Assembly (NCBI GenBank): GCA_022791255.1
Contig: JAAVYR010000004.1
Span: 92,094 to 156,093 of the forward strand
Length of the DNA stretch: 64,000 bases
Origin: Peptococcaceae bacterium
GTDB lineage: Bacteria; Bacillota; Dehalobacteriia; UBA4068; JAAVYR01
Direction: 5' to 3'
Both the position numbers and the translations under genes were made by a program. The notes below the pieces were generated by a model. The model saw only the letters and a list, made by a program, of their open reading frames with translations, searched no databases and had not been told where the DNA came from. Position 1 is the first letter of the stretch. Each line of letters starts with the position of its first letter. Shown one piece after another: positions 18,921 to 28,487 of the stretch.

Positions 18921-19156
18921 AGGGGCTCGCCTTCTTTCTCCTCTGTAAAAAATTCGCTTAAGGAAATATTCAAAATCTGACAAAGTCTGACAATCGTCAG
19001 CATTTTAGGGTTACCGATGCCCTGCCGCATTCTCTTTAATGTGGTTTGAGACACACCAGAGAGGATGGATAGCTGAAACATCGTTAGATGTTGCTCTTTT
19101 CGTAAGGTCTCCACCCGTCTGCCGAGCCATAGGGTAAAATCATCAGTAGATATCAT
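18902..19156 (-). CDS. Small XRE-family HTH transcriptional regulator (84 aa).
   Basis: LRKEQHLTMFQLSILSGVSQTTLKRMRQG HTH. Divergent from the RHH gene. Confidence 0.7.
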   Translation of the reverse strand: MISTDDFTLWLGRRVETLRKEQHLTMFQLSILSGVSQTTLKRMRQGIGNPKMLTIVRLCQILNISLSEFFTEEKEGEPLWHILG

Positions 19157-19274
19157 AAAAATTCCTCCTAAAATATTACTCTAGTTGTGGAGCCAATTAG
19201 GAGCCATAACTACTTTTCAGTATAAGATAATGTCATAATGATGTCAAGATATCGCCAAAAAGGAGTCGATAAAA

Positions 19275-19451
19275 ATGAAAGACGATATGGTAAGATATTC
19301 ATTACGCATAGAAGGAGCTTTGTTAGATAAGTTAGGTTATGTGGCTGAATACGAAGGCAGGACAAAGAACAAAGAGATTGAACAGCTAATTAAGAAGAGA
19401 ATTGCCGACTTTGAAAAGAAATTTGGAGAGATAAAAGTAACAGAAGAATAA
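19275..19451 (+). CDS. Ribbon-helix-helix (CopG/Arc-like) small DNA-binding protein, 58 aa.
   Basis: RBS AAAGGAG-N9-ATG. RYSLRIEGALLDKLGYVAEYEGRTKNKEIEQLI is the typical RHH beta-strand/helix pattern. Below the 60-aa track cutoff. Confidence 0.55.
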   Translation: MKDDMVRYSLRIEGALLDKLGYVAEYEGRTKNKEIEQLIKKRIADFEKKFGEIKVTEE

Positions 19452-19857
19452 TATTCTGAGCGTTAGCGAAGAAAAGCTTTGATACTATTGCGGGGAGCCG
19501 CCGCCTGTTTGACGCGGGGAACGGCAAGTAGTGACGAGGCTGTTACTAGGTCAACCAGGCGGCAGTTTTGCTTCTTTTTCAAAAAGAAGTTAAAGACTTA
19601 CCAAAAGGAACTTACACCACTTGCCCAACTGTAAAAAGTACAATGTATATATTTAAGAGTTACTATCTACCTTTGACAACTGGGCAAATACGAATTATTT
19701 ACCTTGGGCTTGCTTTGCTTGTTCTTTTAAGAAAAGAACCAAAATCGCAATCTGGTTGCCTTTGCCTGGCAGCCTCGTCACTACCTAGTGCTCCCCGCGG
19801 CAAACAGATTGCCTTCCCCATTTACTAAAAGATCCTTCGCTTTCGCTCAGGATGACA
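19452..19857. repeat. ~400-bp structured repeat element, copy 1. It is bounded by imperfect inverted ~27-bp terminal repeats, an internal long stem and a central palindrome CTTCTTTTTCAAAAAGAAG. A ~130-bp associated tail runs to ~19990.
   Basis: Left end TATTCTGAGCGTTAGCGAAGAAAAGC; right end AAGATCCTTCGCTTTCGCTCAGGATGACA. About 85 % identical in inverted orientation to 30619-30927. The internal ORF (19568..19828) is not conserved as protein between copies. Confidence 0.7.
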
Positions 19858-20074
19858 GAAACCCTCCACTTGGTACAGAAGCAAAGCTCACTACTTCCTA
19901 GGCAAAAGTAACTGTTGGAAGTAGTATGTAGCCTTTTGTGCAGTGTAGCACCATCTGTGGCATCATCCGTGGCATTGTCTATCATCTATTGACAGTATAA
20001 TAGTTTAGCATTAAACTATTTATATCATAGGCAAATAACTCATATGATAGATTAATATGATAGGAGGCATTTTC

Positions 20075-20833
20075 ATGGGAAAATTAGACGGGAAAGTAGC
20101 CATCATTTCCGGTTCTGCCCAAGGGGTAGGCAAAGGGGTAGCAGAAGCCATGAGCCGTCATGGTGCAAAGGTGGTTATCTTAGATATTAACAAAGAAGGT
20201 GCAGAAAAAACTGCTGCTGAAATCGTAGCCGCTGGCGGAGAAGCCATCGGTCTGGGCTGTGACATTAGTCAAAAAGACCAAATCCAACAAGTCGTGGATA
20301 AAACAGTAGAAGTATTTGGTACCGTGGACATCATGGTGAATAACGCCCATGCGTCCAAGCAGAAGCCTTTTGAGACCTTGACGGAAGACGATTTTGCTCT
20401 TTCCTTTAACACCGGGTTCTGGGGCACCTACTATTTCATGCAAGCAGTATTTCCTATTTTCAAAGAAAAGAAAGCCGGCAAAATCATTAACTTCGGCTCT
20501 AACAGCAGCATCTTAGGCCACGCTTACCAAGGCGCCTATGCCGCTGCCAAAGAAGCCATCGGCGCCATCACCAAAGTAGCCGCTACCGAATGGGGCGTTT
20601 ACAATATCAATGTAAACATTCTCTGTCCTTTTGCCAATTCTCCCGGTATGGTAGCCTGGTCTCAAAACTTCCCGGAAGAATATGATAAGACCATCAGCCG
20701 TATCCCCCTGCGCCGAGTAGGCGATTGCAAGGACGATATTGGTGAAGTAGCTGCATGGTTAGGTTCTCATGAATCCGACTATGTGACAGGGCAAACCATC
20801 CTAGTAGACGGCGGCGCCCACTATGTCAGATAA
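20075..20833 (+). CDS. SDR-family short-chain dehydrogenase/reductase.
   Basis: GKVAIISGSAQGVGKG Rossmann motif, NNAH, YxxxK. RBS TAGGAGG-ATG at 20075. Confidence 0.8.
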   Translation: MGKLDGKVAIISGSAQGVGKGVAEAMSRHGAKVVILDINKEGAEKTAAEIVAAGGEAIGLGCDISQKDQIQQVVDKTVEVFGTVDIMVNNAHASKQKPFETLTEDDFALSFNTGFWGTYYFMQAVFPIFKEKKAGKIINFGSNSSILGHAYQGAYAAAKEAIGAITKVAATEWGVYNINVNILCPFANSPGMVAWSQNFPEEYDKTISRIPLRRVGDCKDDIGEVAAWLGSHESDYVTGQTILVDGGAHYVR

Positions 20834-21287
20834 GAGAAACAATCCCTCTGAAGAATTTGATGTTTTTGCCCTCATTCACAGCTATGAACAATTCTTCGGA
20901 AAATCTCATACCTATTGGCACAAACGATATAAAAACTACATCGGTACCAATCGAGTCCATGCTTTAGTGGAGCTAGACCGCACGCCACTTCTTAACCAAA
21001 AGGAGCTGGCAGAACGACTCTGCATCACGCCAGGGGCAGTTACCGCCATGACGGATGACTTAGAGAAAAAAGGCCTTATCGAGAAGGCATATAGCCCCAC
21101 CGACAAGCGAACCATTGAATTACGCATTACCTCAGAAGGGCAAGACCTGCTAGCAGAGACATTAGCAACGGCAAAAGTCTATGTAGAGGAAATCTGCAAT
21201 GTCCTTTCTCAAGAGGAAAAAAGGGCCCTTTTCGCTATCAATCAAAAGCTTTGTATGCATTTGGACCAATTTATTAAAAGCAAATAA
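20823..21287 (+). CDS. MarR-family transcriptional regulator.
   Basis: Winged-helix LNQKELAERLCITPGAVTAMTDDLEKKGLIEK..DKRTIELRITSEG. Overlaps the SDR stop. Terminator at 21293-21325. Confidence 0.75.
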   Translation: MSDKRNNPSEEFDVFALIHSYEQFFGKSHTYWHKRYKNYIGTNRVHALVELDRTPLLNQKELAERLCITPGAVTAMTDDLEKKGLIEKAYSPTDKRTIELRITSEGQDLLAETLATAKVYVEEICNVLSQEEKRALFAINQKLCMHLDQFIKSK

Positions 21288-21322
21288 ATAAAAAAGACAA
21301 CCGATTTGTTCGGTTGTCTTTT

Positions 21323-21841
21323 TTATTTACAGGTTATATGACACATAGACATGGCCGCAAGGGCACCTTTATGACTATCTGGCGTAACACCAGCACAACA
21401 GCTACTATCGACCGTAATTTCTGCTTCTGGCAATGCTGCTTTTAAGAGCATTACATTAGAGATAACGCAAATATCCGTACAAAGGCCTATCACTTCAATA
21501 TCATCAAACTGTTCCCCTAAGACATATTCCATCAGCGCTAAACTGCCAAAGGTAGGCTTATCAAAAATCTTCTTGTTTATGGTATATGCTTCCAGCTGGG
21601 GAATAATCTGCCAGCCTGTTGTTCCCCGAATGCAATGGGGAACAGGAAGCATTTTCCCCTCTTTCGTATCCAGATAGTTTTCCTCATGAGTATCGCGGGT
21701 AAAGACAACATTCACCCCTGCTTGAAGGGCTTGAGCTATCTTTTCTACCACGAGAGGAACGATAGCCTTTGCCTCCGCAGTACCTAGGGCACCGTCTACA
21801 AAATCATTTTGCATATCCACCACAACCAACAACTTCTTCAT
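21323..21841 (-). CDS. Isochorismatase-family cysteine hydrolase (nicotinamidase-like).
   Basis: MKKLLVVVDMQNDFV N-terminus and catalytic-Cys region. The 210-aa track ORF is truncated to the Met at 21841 because the upstream part is a tRNA. Confidence 0.7.
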   Translation of the reverse strand: MKKLLVVVDMQNDFVDGALGTAEAKAIVPLVVEKIAQALQAGVNVVFTRDTHEENYLDTKEGKMLPVPHCIRGTTGWQIIPQLEAYTINKKIFDKPTFGSLALMEYVLGEQFDDIEVIGLCTDICVISNVMLLKAALPEAEITVDSSCCAGVTPDSHKGALAAMSMCHITCK

Positions 21842-21906
21842 AAAGAACCCCGCCCTTCTCTTAGCAAGATAATAAAAAAACTCTGACAATGTTCTGTCAG
21901 AGTTTT

Positions 21907-21983
21907 TGGTGTGCCTGGAGGGATTCGAACCCCCGACCTCATGGTTCGTAGCCATGCGCTCTATCCAACTGAGCTACAAGCAC
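21907..21983 (-). tRNA. tRNA-Arg (anticodon ACG).
   Basis: GTGCTTGTAGCTCAGTTGGATAGAGCGCATGGCTACGAACCATGAGGTCGGGGGTTCGAATCCCTCCAGGCACACCA folds as a cloverleaf with anticodon loop CTACGAA. Confidence 0.85.
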
Positions 21984-22025
21984 ATAATCATACAGTATCT
22001 GCCCAAAGACAGATACTGCATTTTC

Positions 22026-22116
22026 TGGCGGAGAAAAAGGGATTCGAACCCTTGATACGGTTGCCCGTATACATGATTTCCAATCATGCGCCTTCGACCA
22101 ACTCGGCCATCTCTCC
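22026..22116 (-). tRNA. tRNA-Ser (anticodon GGA), long variable arm.
   Basis: GGAGAGATGGCCGAGTTGGTCGAAGGCGCATGATTGGAAATCATG..long arm..AAGGGTTCGAATCCCTTTTTCTCCGCCA. Upstream promoter TTGCCA-17-TATAAT at 22142-22170 (minus sense). Confidence 0.85.
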
Positions 22117-22210
22117 ACAACCATGTCAGCTTTATTATTATACCTATATTTTCTCTCCTTGGCAAGCTTTTTATGCAAAAATTTCACTTTTTCTCCAGGG
22201 ATTGGCTATT

Positions 22211-22576
22211 TTAAAGCATCACGATGGTGATACCGGGATTGGTGAAGACCAAGTCATGGTCTTTGCGGAGAAAAGGGCAACGATCTAGGGCATATAACAC
22301 ATTGGGGTTAAAGATATTCCATTCTTCCCCTGGTATGTAATCTGCAATCTTGCACTGGTAGCGCTGGTCATCCAGCCAGCGTCTGGCGGCGGCGCGGATA
22401 GCCCCCCCAGCCCCAGAAGAGCCATAGCCATGAATGACTTTGACGCCATCATAGCCTAAGGCCCGGGCATGAGCTAGGCCAGTAGCAAGACAGACTTTTG
22501 CCTCTTCCCATCGAGGCATACCTATCTTAATATTTAGCTGGTACAGCTCCTGCCTTTGATCAATACCTGCCATCAC
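22211..22576 (-). CDS. Smr-domain protein.
   Basis: [22 protein letters not shown] matches the Smr core (hGxGtG.L+..V..aL). Confidence 0.5.
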   Translation of the reverse strand: MMAGIDQRQELYQLNIKIGMPRWEEAKVCLATGLAHARALGYDGVKVIHGYGSSGAGGAIRAAARRWLDDQRYQCKIADYIPGEEWNIFNPNVLYALDRCPFLRKDHDLVFTNPGITIVML

Positions 22577-22587
22577 TATTCTCCCGT

Positions 22588-23988
22588 TTATTTTATCAGT
22601 TCATAAATAGCCTGGGCATAAATCTTTGTCATTAAAATCAAATCTGAAATGGGAATGCGCTCATTAGCTTGATGCACACAATCCGCTTGATGAGGAAACA
22701 TGGGCCCAAAAGCTACAAAGTTTTTCACAGCGCGGCAATAGGTACCACCGCCAATAACAAGGGGCTTGGTAAAGTCGCCGGTCATCTCCTGATAAACGCC
22801 ACACAATTTTTCTACCAGCGGATGGTCGGCTGGTACATATAACGGTGGTTTGTGCTCATTGATTTGTAAATCCATCTCTTTTGCCACTGCATGCTCATCT
22901 AACTCATGCCAAATCATAGCAAAATCTGCTGTAATCGGATAACGGATATCCATTTCACAAACAGCAATACCGTCCTTTGCACGAAACTCTCCCATATTCA
23001 TGGTAAGAGGACCAGAAAGCTCATCTGCACAGGCAACGCCTGCACCCTTACCATCATAACCCTCTAGAAACAGGGTATGGAATTTTTTCATCATGCGTTT
23101 TAAGTGTTGGTCCATACCGCTAACTGTCAAAAGAAAGGAAAGCAATAGACCAATGGCATTGACACCCATATCAGGGCGGGAGCCGTGGCAGGATTTGCCT
23201 TTTGCAGTAACGGTAATGGTCACGCCATCATCTGCAAGGGTAATAGCCTGTTTATCCGCAAGCTTTTTATAAGCTCGTTCTAGCTGATAACGACCTTCTG
23301 AACTCACAAAAAAGGTAGCCCTTGCCTCCCCTGGTACTACATTGGCGGCGGTGCCACCGGTAATCTCTTTTAACATTAAATCGACGCCTTTGCCGCTAGA
23401 ATAGTGGTCAGTAGCGCTAAACTGCAAGATACCCTTTTCCCCATGGATAACAGGAAAATCCCCATCGGGAGAAAATCCCATGACAGGAATTTCTTCATTA
23501 CGCAAATAATAATCAATACAGCCAAAGCCTTCTTCCTCATTTAAACCCATAATATGACGAACCCGCTTGGTAATAGGAAGACCGCTAAGCTTAATGACCC
23601 ACAAAGCAAAAAGTGCTGCAACAGTCGGGCCCTTATCATCCACAGCACCCCGCCCATAAATACAATCCCCCTGGATAAGCCCTCCAAAAGGCGGTAAATC
23701 CCAGCCAGCACCAGCCGGCACCACATCTAAATGGCTCAGCACACCAATTAATTCTTCCCCTTCCCCCAACTCTGCATACCCCACATAGCCTTGCATATTC
23801 TTATGGACAAGCCCCATCTGGTCTGCTATGGAAAGCATAAAGTCTAACGCTTCTGCCGGACCTTTGCCAAAAGGCTGATAGGGCAGTTTGCCATAACTAT
23901 AGACGCTTTCAATGGTCAAAAGCTTTTGTGTTGTCTCTACAATCTTTTGGGCATATTTATCTACTAAGTCATTTAAGATTTTTTCCAT
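22588..23988 (-). CDS. pepV: M20-family dipeptidase (PepV/Sapep-like).
   Basis: 466 aa with HLDVVPAG, GRGAVDDKGP and NEEEG metal-binding motifs of M20 peptidases. Confidence 0.8.
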   Translation of the reverse strand: MEKILNDLVDKYAQKIVETTQKLLTIESVYSYGKLPYQPFGKGPAEALDFMLSIADQMGLVHKNMQGYVGYAELGEGEELIGVLSHLDVVPAGAGWDLPPFGGLIQGDCIYGRGAVDDKGPTVAALFALWVIKLSGLPITKRVRHIMGLNEEEGFGCIDYYLRNEEIPVMGFSPDGDFPVIHGEKGILQFSATDHYSSGKGVDLMLKEITGGTAANVVPGEARATFFVSSEGRYQLERAYKKLADKQAITLADDGVTITVTAKGKSCHGSRPDMGVNAIGLLLSFLLTVSGMDQHLKRMMKKFHTLFLEGYDGKGAGVACADELSGPLTMNMGEFRAKDGIAVCEMDIRYPITADFAMIWHELDEHAVAKEMDLQINEHKPPLYVPADHPLVEKLCGVYQEMTGDFTKPLVIGGGTYCRAVKNFVAFGPMFPHQADCVHQANERIPISDLILMTKIYAQAIYELIK

Positions 23989-24161
23989 GTAAATGCTCCT
24001 TTAGGTCGTATCAAAATTATCCCCTATATTCTACCATAATTCGACAATTATGGAAATATGTCCCCGGTCATAAAAACCTTACTTATAATCTATCCAAAGG
24101 AAACAGTCCCTATACAAATAGAAAATTTCTTAGTATTATTTTAAGTATCACAAAAAATCTT

Positions 24162-24509
24162 TTAGGAATGTTTTAAGTTTCTTTCTAAAGTATCTTTTGT
24201 TGCTTTTAATACATCTACAAGAATGCGAATATCATGATTGGAACATTGGGAAAAAATCTCTTGAGCCTCTTTATTATAAACAGGGAAAGAATGTTGTACA
24301 TTATCACAAAGAAGTTCGTCTACAGAAACAGAAAGCGCATTGGCAATCTTAATGATAACCGCTAAACTCATTCTGGCATTTCCTGTTTCGATATTGCTAA
24401 TATAAACAGTAGAAAGTTTCACTTGATTGGCCAATGCCTCTTGCGTCATTTTTAATTTTAATCGTGCTATTTTTATTCTTAAGCCAATCGCTACATAATC
24501 TATTGCCAT
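24162..24509 (-). CDS. XRE-family HTH transcriptional regulator (115 aa).
   Basis: LKMTQEALANQVKLSTVYISNIETGNARMSLAVIIKIANAL HTH. AT-rich upstream region. Confidence 0.7.
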   Translation of the reverse strand: MAIDYVAIGLRIKIARLKLKMTQEALANQVKLSTVYISNIETGNARMSLAVIIKIANALSVSVDELLCDNVQHSFPVYNKEAQEIFSQCSNHDIRILVDVLKATKDTLERNLKHS

Positions 24510-24705
24510 ACTGTTGCCTCTTTATTTGAAATGCTAACAGTATTTATTGTAATTTATTATAAAATTTATTTTAATAAATGATAAAAAGTAATTAAAATAA
24601 ATAATTTATATTTTTAAACTATAAGAATATTTCCCTTTATAATTTATATTCTGCTGCAAATAAAAAAGAGGAAGCGATAAAATACCGCTTCCTCTTTTTT
24701 ATCTT

Positions 24706-26151
24706 TTATTTTTTCCGGTAAAACATGGGCAATACTAAGAGTAAAATGGGGAAAATCTCTAAGCGGCCTAACAGCATATAAAAGCTTAAGAGCAGTTTCG
24801 AAGCCCCTGAAAACTCCGCAAAACTGCCCATAGGCCCGACCACTCCAAAACCCGGCCCCACATTGCCCAGGCAAGCAATGACAGCGCTCAGATTTGTTTC
24901 AAAATCAAACCCATTTAAGGAAATAAAAAACACACCTACAAAAATGAGCAGCATATAACAGGTAAAAAATGTATTTACCCCATGGATGGTTTCTCGTTCT
25001 ACCGGTTTCCCATTCAGTTTGATAACATTGACCACCCGTGGATGGATGAGCCGCATGATTTCTACTGCAGTCTTCTTCATCAAGATGATAAAACGAGATA
25101 CCTTAATACCACCGCCAGTAGAACCGCCGCAGGCGCCAATAATCATCAAGAGAAACAATACTGTTTTTGCAAAGGTAGGCCACTGATTATAATCTGTAGT
25201 GCTAAAGCCAGTAGAAGAAATAATCGAGCACACCTGAAAATAGCTATGGGCAAGAGCTTCTTGCCAGCCAGGAAATAGGCCCGCTACATCCACAGTAATA
25301 CAAACAGTAGCAAAACCAATAATCAAGAGAAACCAACGTAGCTCTTCATTTTTCCAGATTTGTTTCCATTGCCCCACTAGGAGGAAATAATACAAGTTAA
25401 AATTCATGGCAAACAGCATCATGAAAATACCAATCACTGTAATGAGATAATAATTATCCCCATAGCTGCCAATACTTAGGTTCTTCATAGAAAAACCACC
25501 CGTACCGGCAGTAGACATGGCATGGACCACACTATCAAAAAGGGGCATTCCCCCTACCACTAAAAGACTAATCTCAACCACTGTCATTCCCAGATAAATA
25601 GCATATAAGATTTTTGCAGTGTTTTTCATCTTCGGGACGATTTTCCCCACATCAGGACCGGTCATCTCCGCCCGGATTAAGTGGATAGACCTGCCCTCTG
25701 CCAAGGATACCATGCTGAGCATAAACACCAGCACGCCCATGCCGCCTATCCAATGAATGAAACACCGCCAAAATAAAATACTAGGCGGCAACTGTTCCAC
25801 CGTAGGTAAAATACTAGCCCCAGTAGTAGTAAAACCAGAAACAGCCTCAAACAAACAATCTATAAAAGAAGGAAAGGTACCGCTAAACCAAAAAGGCAAC
25901 GCCCCGAAAAAGGAAATCAAAATCCAGGCAAGGGCTACCGTCATAAAGCCGTCTTTAGCATAAATCGTTTGGTCCTTCACCTTAATCCAAGAGAACAAGC
26001 TGCTACCAATGAGCAGCACTGCAATGCTCTCCAGGAAGGCCGCTGTCATGCCGTCTTGATAAGCAAGGGCGATAACCAGCGGCACTAGGAGCAGCACAGC
26101 CTCTAGGCGAAGAGCGCGGCTAGCCACCCAAAATATCATCTTATAGTTCAT
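24706..26151 (-). CDS. trkH: TrkH-family potassium uptake membrane protein.
   Basis: 481 aa with GGSTGGGIKVSRF and ATGF..NNAGF filter repeats. Terminator at 24662-24700. Confidence 0.85.
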   Translation of the reverse strand: MNYKMIFWVASRALRLEAVLLLVPLVIALAYQDGMTAAFLESIAVLLIGSSLFSWIKVKDQTIYAKDGFMTVALAWILISFFGALPFWFSGTFPSFIDCLFEAVSGFTTTGASILPTVEQLPPSILFWRCFIHWIGGMGVLVFMLSMVSLAEGRSIHLIRAEMTGPDVGKIVPKMKNTAKILYAIYLGMTVVEISLLVVGGMPLFDSVVHAMSTAGTGGFSMKNLSIGSYGDNYYLITVIGIFMMLFAMNFNLYYFLLVGQWKQIWKNEELRWFLLIIGFATVCITVDVAGLFPGWQEALAHSYFQVCSIISSTGFSTTDYNQWPTFAKTVLFLLMIIGACGGSTGGGIKVSRFIILMKKTAVEIMRLIHPRVVNVIKLNGKPVERETIHGVNTFFTCYMLLIFVGVFFISLNGFDFETNLSAVIACLGNVGPGFGVVGPMGSFAEFSGASKLLLSFYMLLGRLEIFPILLLVLPMFYRKK

Positions 26152-26268
26152 GGAAACTCCTCATAAACTGCATAATTCACCACTTAGTACAAAAGCAAAC
26201 TTACTGCCACCTAGGCAAGGTGTAATCATCAGAAGTAATTAGTTATTCCTTGGTACCTAGTGGATATT

Positions 26269-27636
26269 TTAAAAGTAGCTCTCGTTTAAAATATCGTTAA
26301 TCTCTAAAAAGCCACTTTCCTTGGTAATCACAATCACATTATCCCCCTGGCAAAGGATATCATTCCCATTGGGAATAATCAACTGACTACCCCGCAAAAT
26401 GCGGGCAATGAGCACATGGGGCTTTAAAGGGATATCCTTTAAGGGAACACCTAAAAAGGCACAGTCTTCACGAATGCGAAACTCCAATGCTTCCACCTGT
26501 TGATTAACGATTTTGGTCATGGCTTCTACACTACTGCCCCAGGAATTTTGCAAGGCCCGCACATAACGGACAATCTTATTGGCAGAAACCAGTCGAGGGG
26601 ATATCATACTATCCAAGCCGATATTCTCTAACACATCATTAAACGACTGACGATTAACCTTGGTAATCACCTTATCTACCTGGCGAGACACAGCAAACAT
26701 AGACATGATGACATTTTCTTCATCAAAATTTGTCAACGCTACAAAAGCGTCTACCTCATCGATGCCCTCTTCCATGAGGATATCTTGGTCAGAACCATCA
26801 CCATGAATAATAATAGCCTTTGGCAGTGACTCAGAAAGGGACAAGCACCGCTCTCGATCCATCTCAATAATCTTTACTTTAATGCCGCTGCCTAGAAGCA
26901 GCTTTGCCAGATAATAGCCAATCTTCCCGCCGCCAATGAGCATGGCAGTCTTGATGGTCTTCTTTAAAATACCAATTTGCTGGAAGAACGAAGCAATCTC
27001 TTGGGGAGACCCAGTAATACTTACTTTATCCCCTTCTGCTAAGGTAAAGTCCCCACCAGGAATAAACACTTCATTGCCCCGCTGCACCGCGCAAACTAAG
27101 AGCTTAACCCCATAAATCTTTGGCAATTCATAAAGAGGCATATCAATAAGACGACTATCTTTATTTACTTTAAACTCGACGATTTCCACGCGGCCTTTCG
27201 CGAAAAAGTCGATTTTCATAGCAGAGGGAAAACGGATAAGCCGGGACATAGCAGTAGCTGCTTCCAGCTCCGGATTTACCGAAAGGCTTAGTCCTAAATC
27301 ATCTTTGATAAAGTACAGGCTGTTGCTGTATTCTGGGTTACGTATTCTAGCCACAGTATACTGCGCTCCCAGCTTGCGGGCAAGAAGACAACAAATAATA
27401 TTGGTCTCATCTCCAGAAGTCACCGCAATGACCAAGTCTGCAGTGGCAATGCCAGCCTCGCGCAACACATCTACACTGACAGCATTCCCCTGCAGAGAAA
27501 TAATATCCAGGGCATTGGTAAATTTCGCCAGGGCCTCCGGCTTATTATCAATCACCACAATATTATGGTCTTCCTGGGCAAGCTGCTGCGTCAGGGTATA
27601 GCCCAGCTTCCCGCCGCCAATAATCACAATATTCAT
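26269..27636 (-). CDS. trkA: Trk system potassium uptake protein TrkA (two RCK_N plus two RCK_C domains).
   Basis: 455 aa with MNIVIIGGGKLGY and a second GGGKIGYYLAKLL Rossmann motif. Confidence 0.85.
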   Translation of the reverse strand: MNIVIIGGGKLGYTLTQQLAQEDHNIVVIDNKPEALAKFTNALDIISLQGNAVSVDVLREAGIATADLVIAVTSGDETNIICCLLARKLGAQYTVARIRNPEYSNSLYFIKDDLGLSLSVNPELEAATAMSRLIRFPSAMKIDFFAKGRVEIVEFKVNKDSRLIDMPLYELPKIYGVKLLVCAVQRGNEVFIPGGDFTLAEGDKVSITGSPQEIASFFQQIGILKKTIKTAMLIGGGKIGYYLAKLLLGSGIKVKIIEMDRERCLSLSESLPKAIIIHGDGSDQDILMEEGIDEVDAFVALTNFDEENVIMSMFAVSRQVDKVITKVNRQSFNDVLENIGLDSMISPRLVSANKIVRYVRALQNSWGSSVEAMTKIVNQQVEALEFRIREDCAFLGVPLKDIPLKPHVLIARILRGSQLIIPNGNDILCQGDNVIVITKESGFLEINDILNESYF

Positions 27637-27740
27637 AGACGCTATCCTCGTATCAATATCTCTTCAGCCTCTAAAGTAACCTTTTTCCCAGGGAAAGTCA
27701 ATATCAAAGCAGGATTTTCTCTCTGGCAGATAATGCTGAG

Positions 27741-28397
27741 CTACTGCAATTTATCTTTATCCGCCACCACACTAGGCCGATGAATATCCACTACATAAGA
27801 AACACCAGCCATAGCATCTAATAACGCTTCGGCATTATGGTCACATTTATAGTCCATTTCCCCGCGATACAAAGGCAGCACCTGATAAAAGTTTACTTCC
27901 TCACCATTTGGTAGCAAGCACACATCCCCCTCATCACCACAGATTTGCGGGTCAATAAGTAAAGCACCACACAACTCTGTATTCTCCGCAAAAGGTTCCT
28001 GATTATCCACGCTATGGCCCCAGCCCAGCCAAGTATCACAGGTAATGGGCATACGCGCTAAAGTCTTCAGCAAACGGATAGGCCAATACCAAACTTCCGC
28101 ATCATCCATCACTTGCCAATCTGGTGGTAGCGTAATGAGAAGTTCTGCACGCTCCAGCTTATACTCGGCAAGCTCTGTTGGTACATTCATACGGTGGGCC
28201 CCCATCCCCATAGTTATCAGTGTATAATAATTCCGCTCTGGGGTAGGCTCCAAAAGACAAATATCCACATGAATGTCGGGAGAGACGATTTCATGAAACA
28301 CATTTGCATAATCCCCAAAACAACTAGCAATATGCTCATCGATAGCCTCTAATTCTTCTTCCTCATAAAGTTCCGGAAACTGTTCTTCTTGCATCAT
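27741..28397 (-). CDS. SUFU-like (Suppressor-of-fused family) protein, immunity-protein-like.
   Basis: RBS AAAGGA-ATGATG at 28397. YYTLITMGMG..MNVP..ELLITLPPDW..WYWPIRLLKTLARMP..W.GWGH pattern matches bacterial SUFU-domain proteins. Its stop is only ~100 nt from the trkA start. Confidence 0.45.
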   Translation of the reverse strand: MMQEEQFPELYEEEELEAIDEHIASCFGDYANVFHEIVSPDIHVDICLLEPTPERNYYTLITMGMGAHRMNVPTELAEYKLERAELLITLPPDWQVMDDAEVWYWPIRLLKTLARMPITCDTWLGWGHSVDNQEPFAENTELCGALLIDPQICGDEGDVCLLPNGEEVNFYQVLPLYRGEMDYKCDHNAEALLDAMAGVSYVVDIHRPSVVADKDKLQ

Positions 28398-28487
28398 TAT
28401 CAATCCTTTCCCTATGCTACTAGCCAGATTAGCTAGATTAGCCAAATGCACAAAATAATAATTTGACTGTAAACTACATTTAATACA

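Noticed and set aside
19568-19828. 86-aa ORF inside repeat element copy 1 (and 30595..30954 inside copy 2).
   Set aside because: The two copies differ by frameshifts and non-conservative changes at DNA-level identity of ~85 %. There is no RBS. The region has palindromes and stems typical of structured DNA or RNA. Treated as non-coding, though a short peptide cannot be fully excluded.
21911-22288. Plus and minus ORFs over 21907-22200.
   Set aside because: They cover the tRNA-Arg(ACG) and tRNA-Ser(GGA) genes and their promoter.
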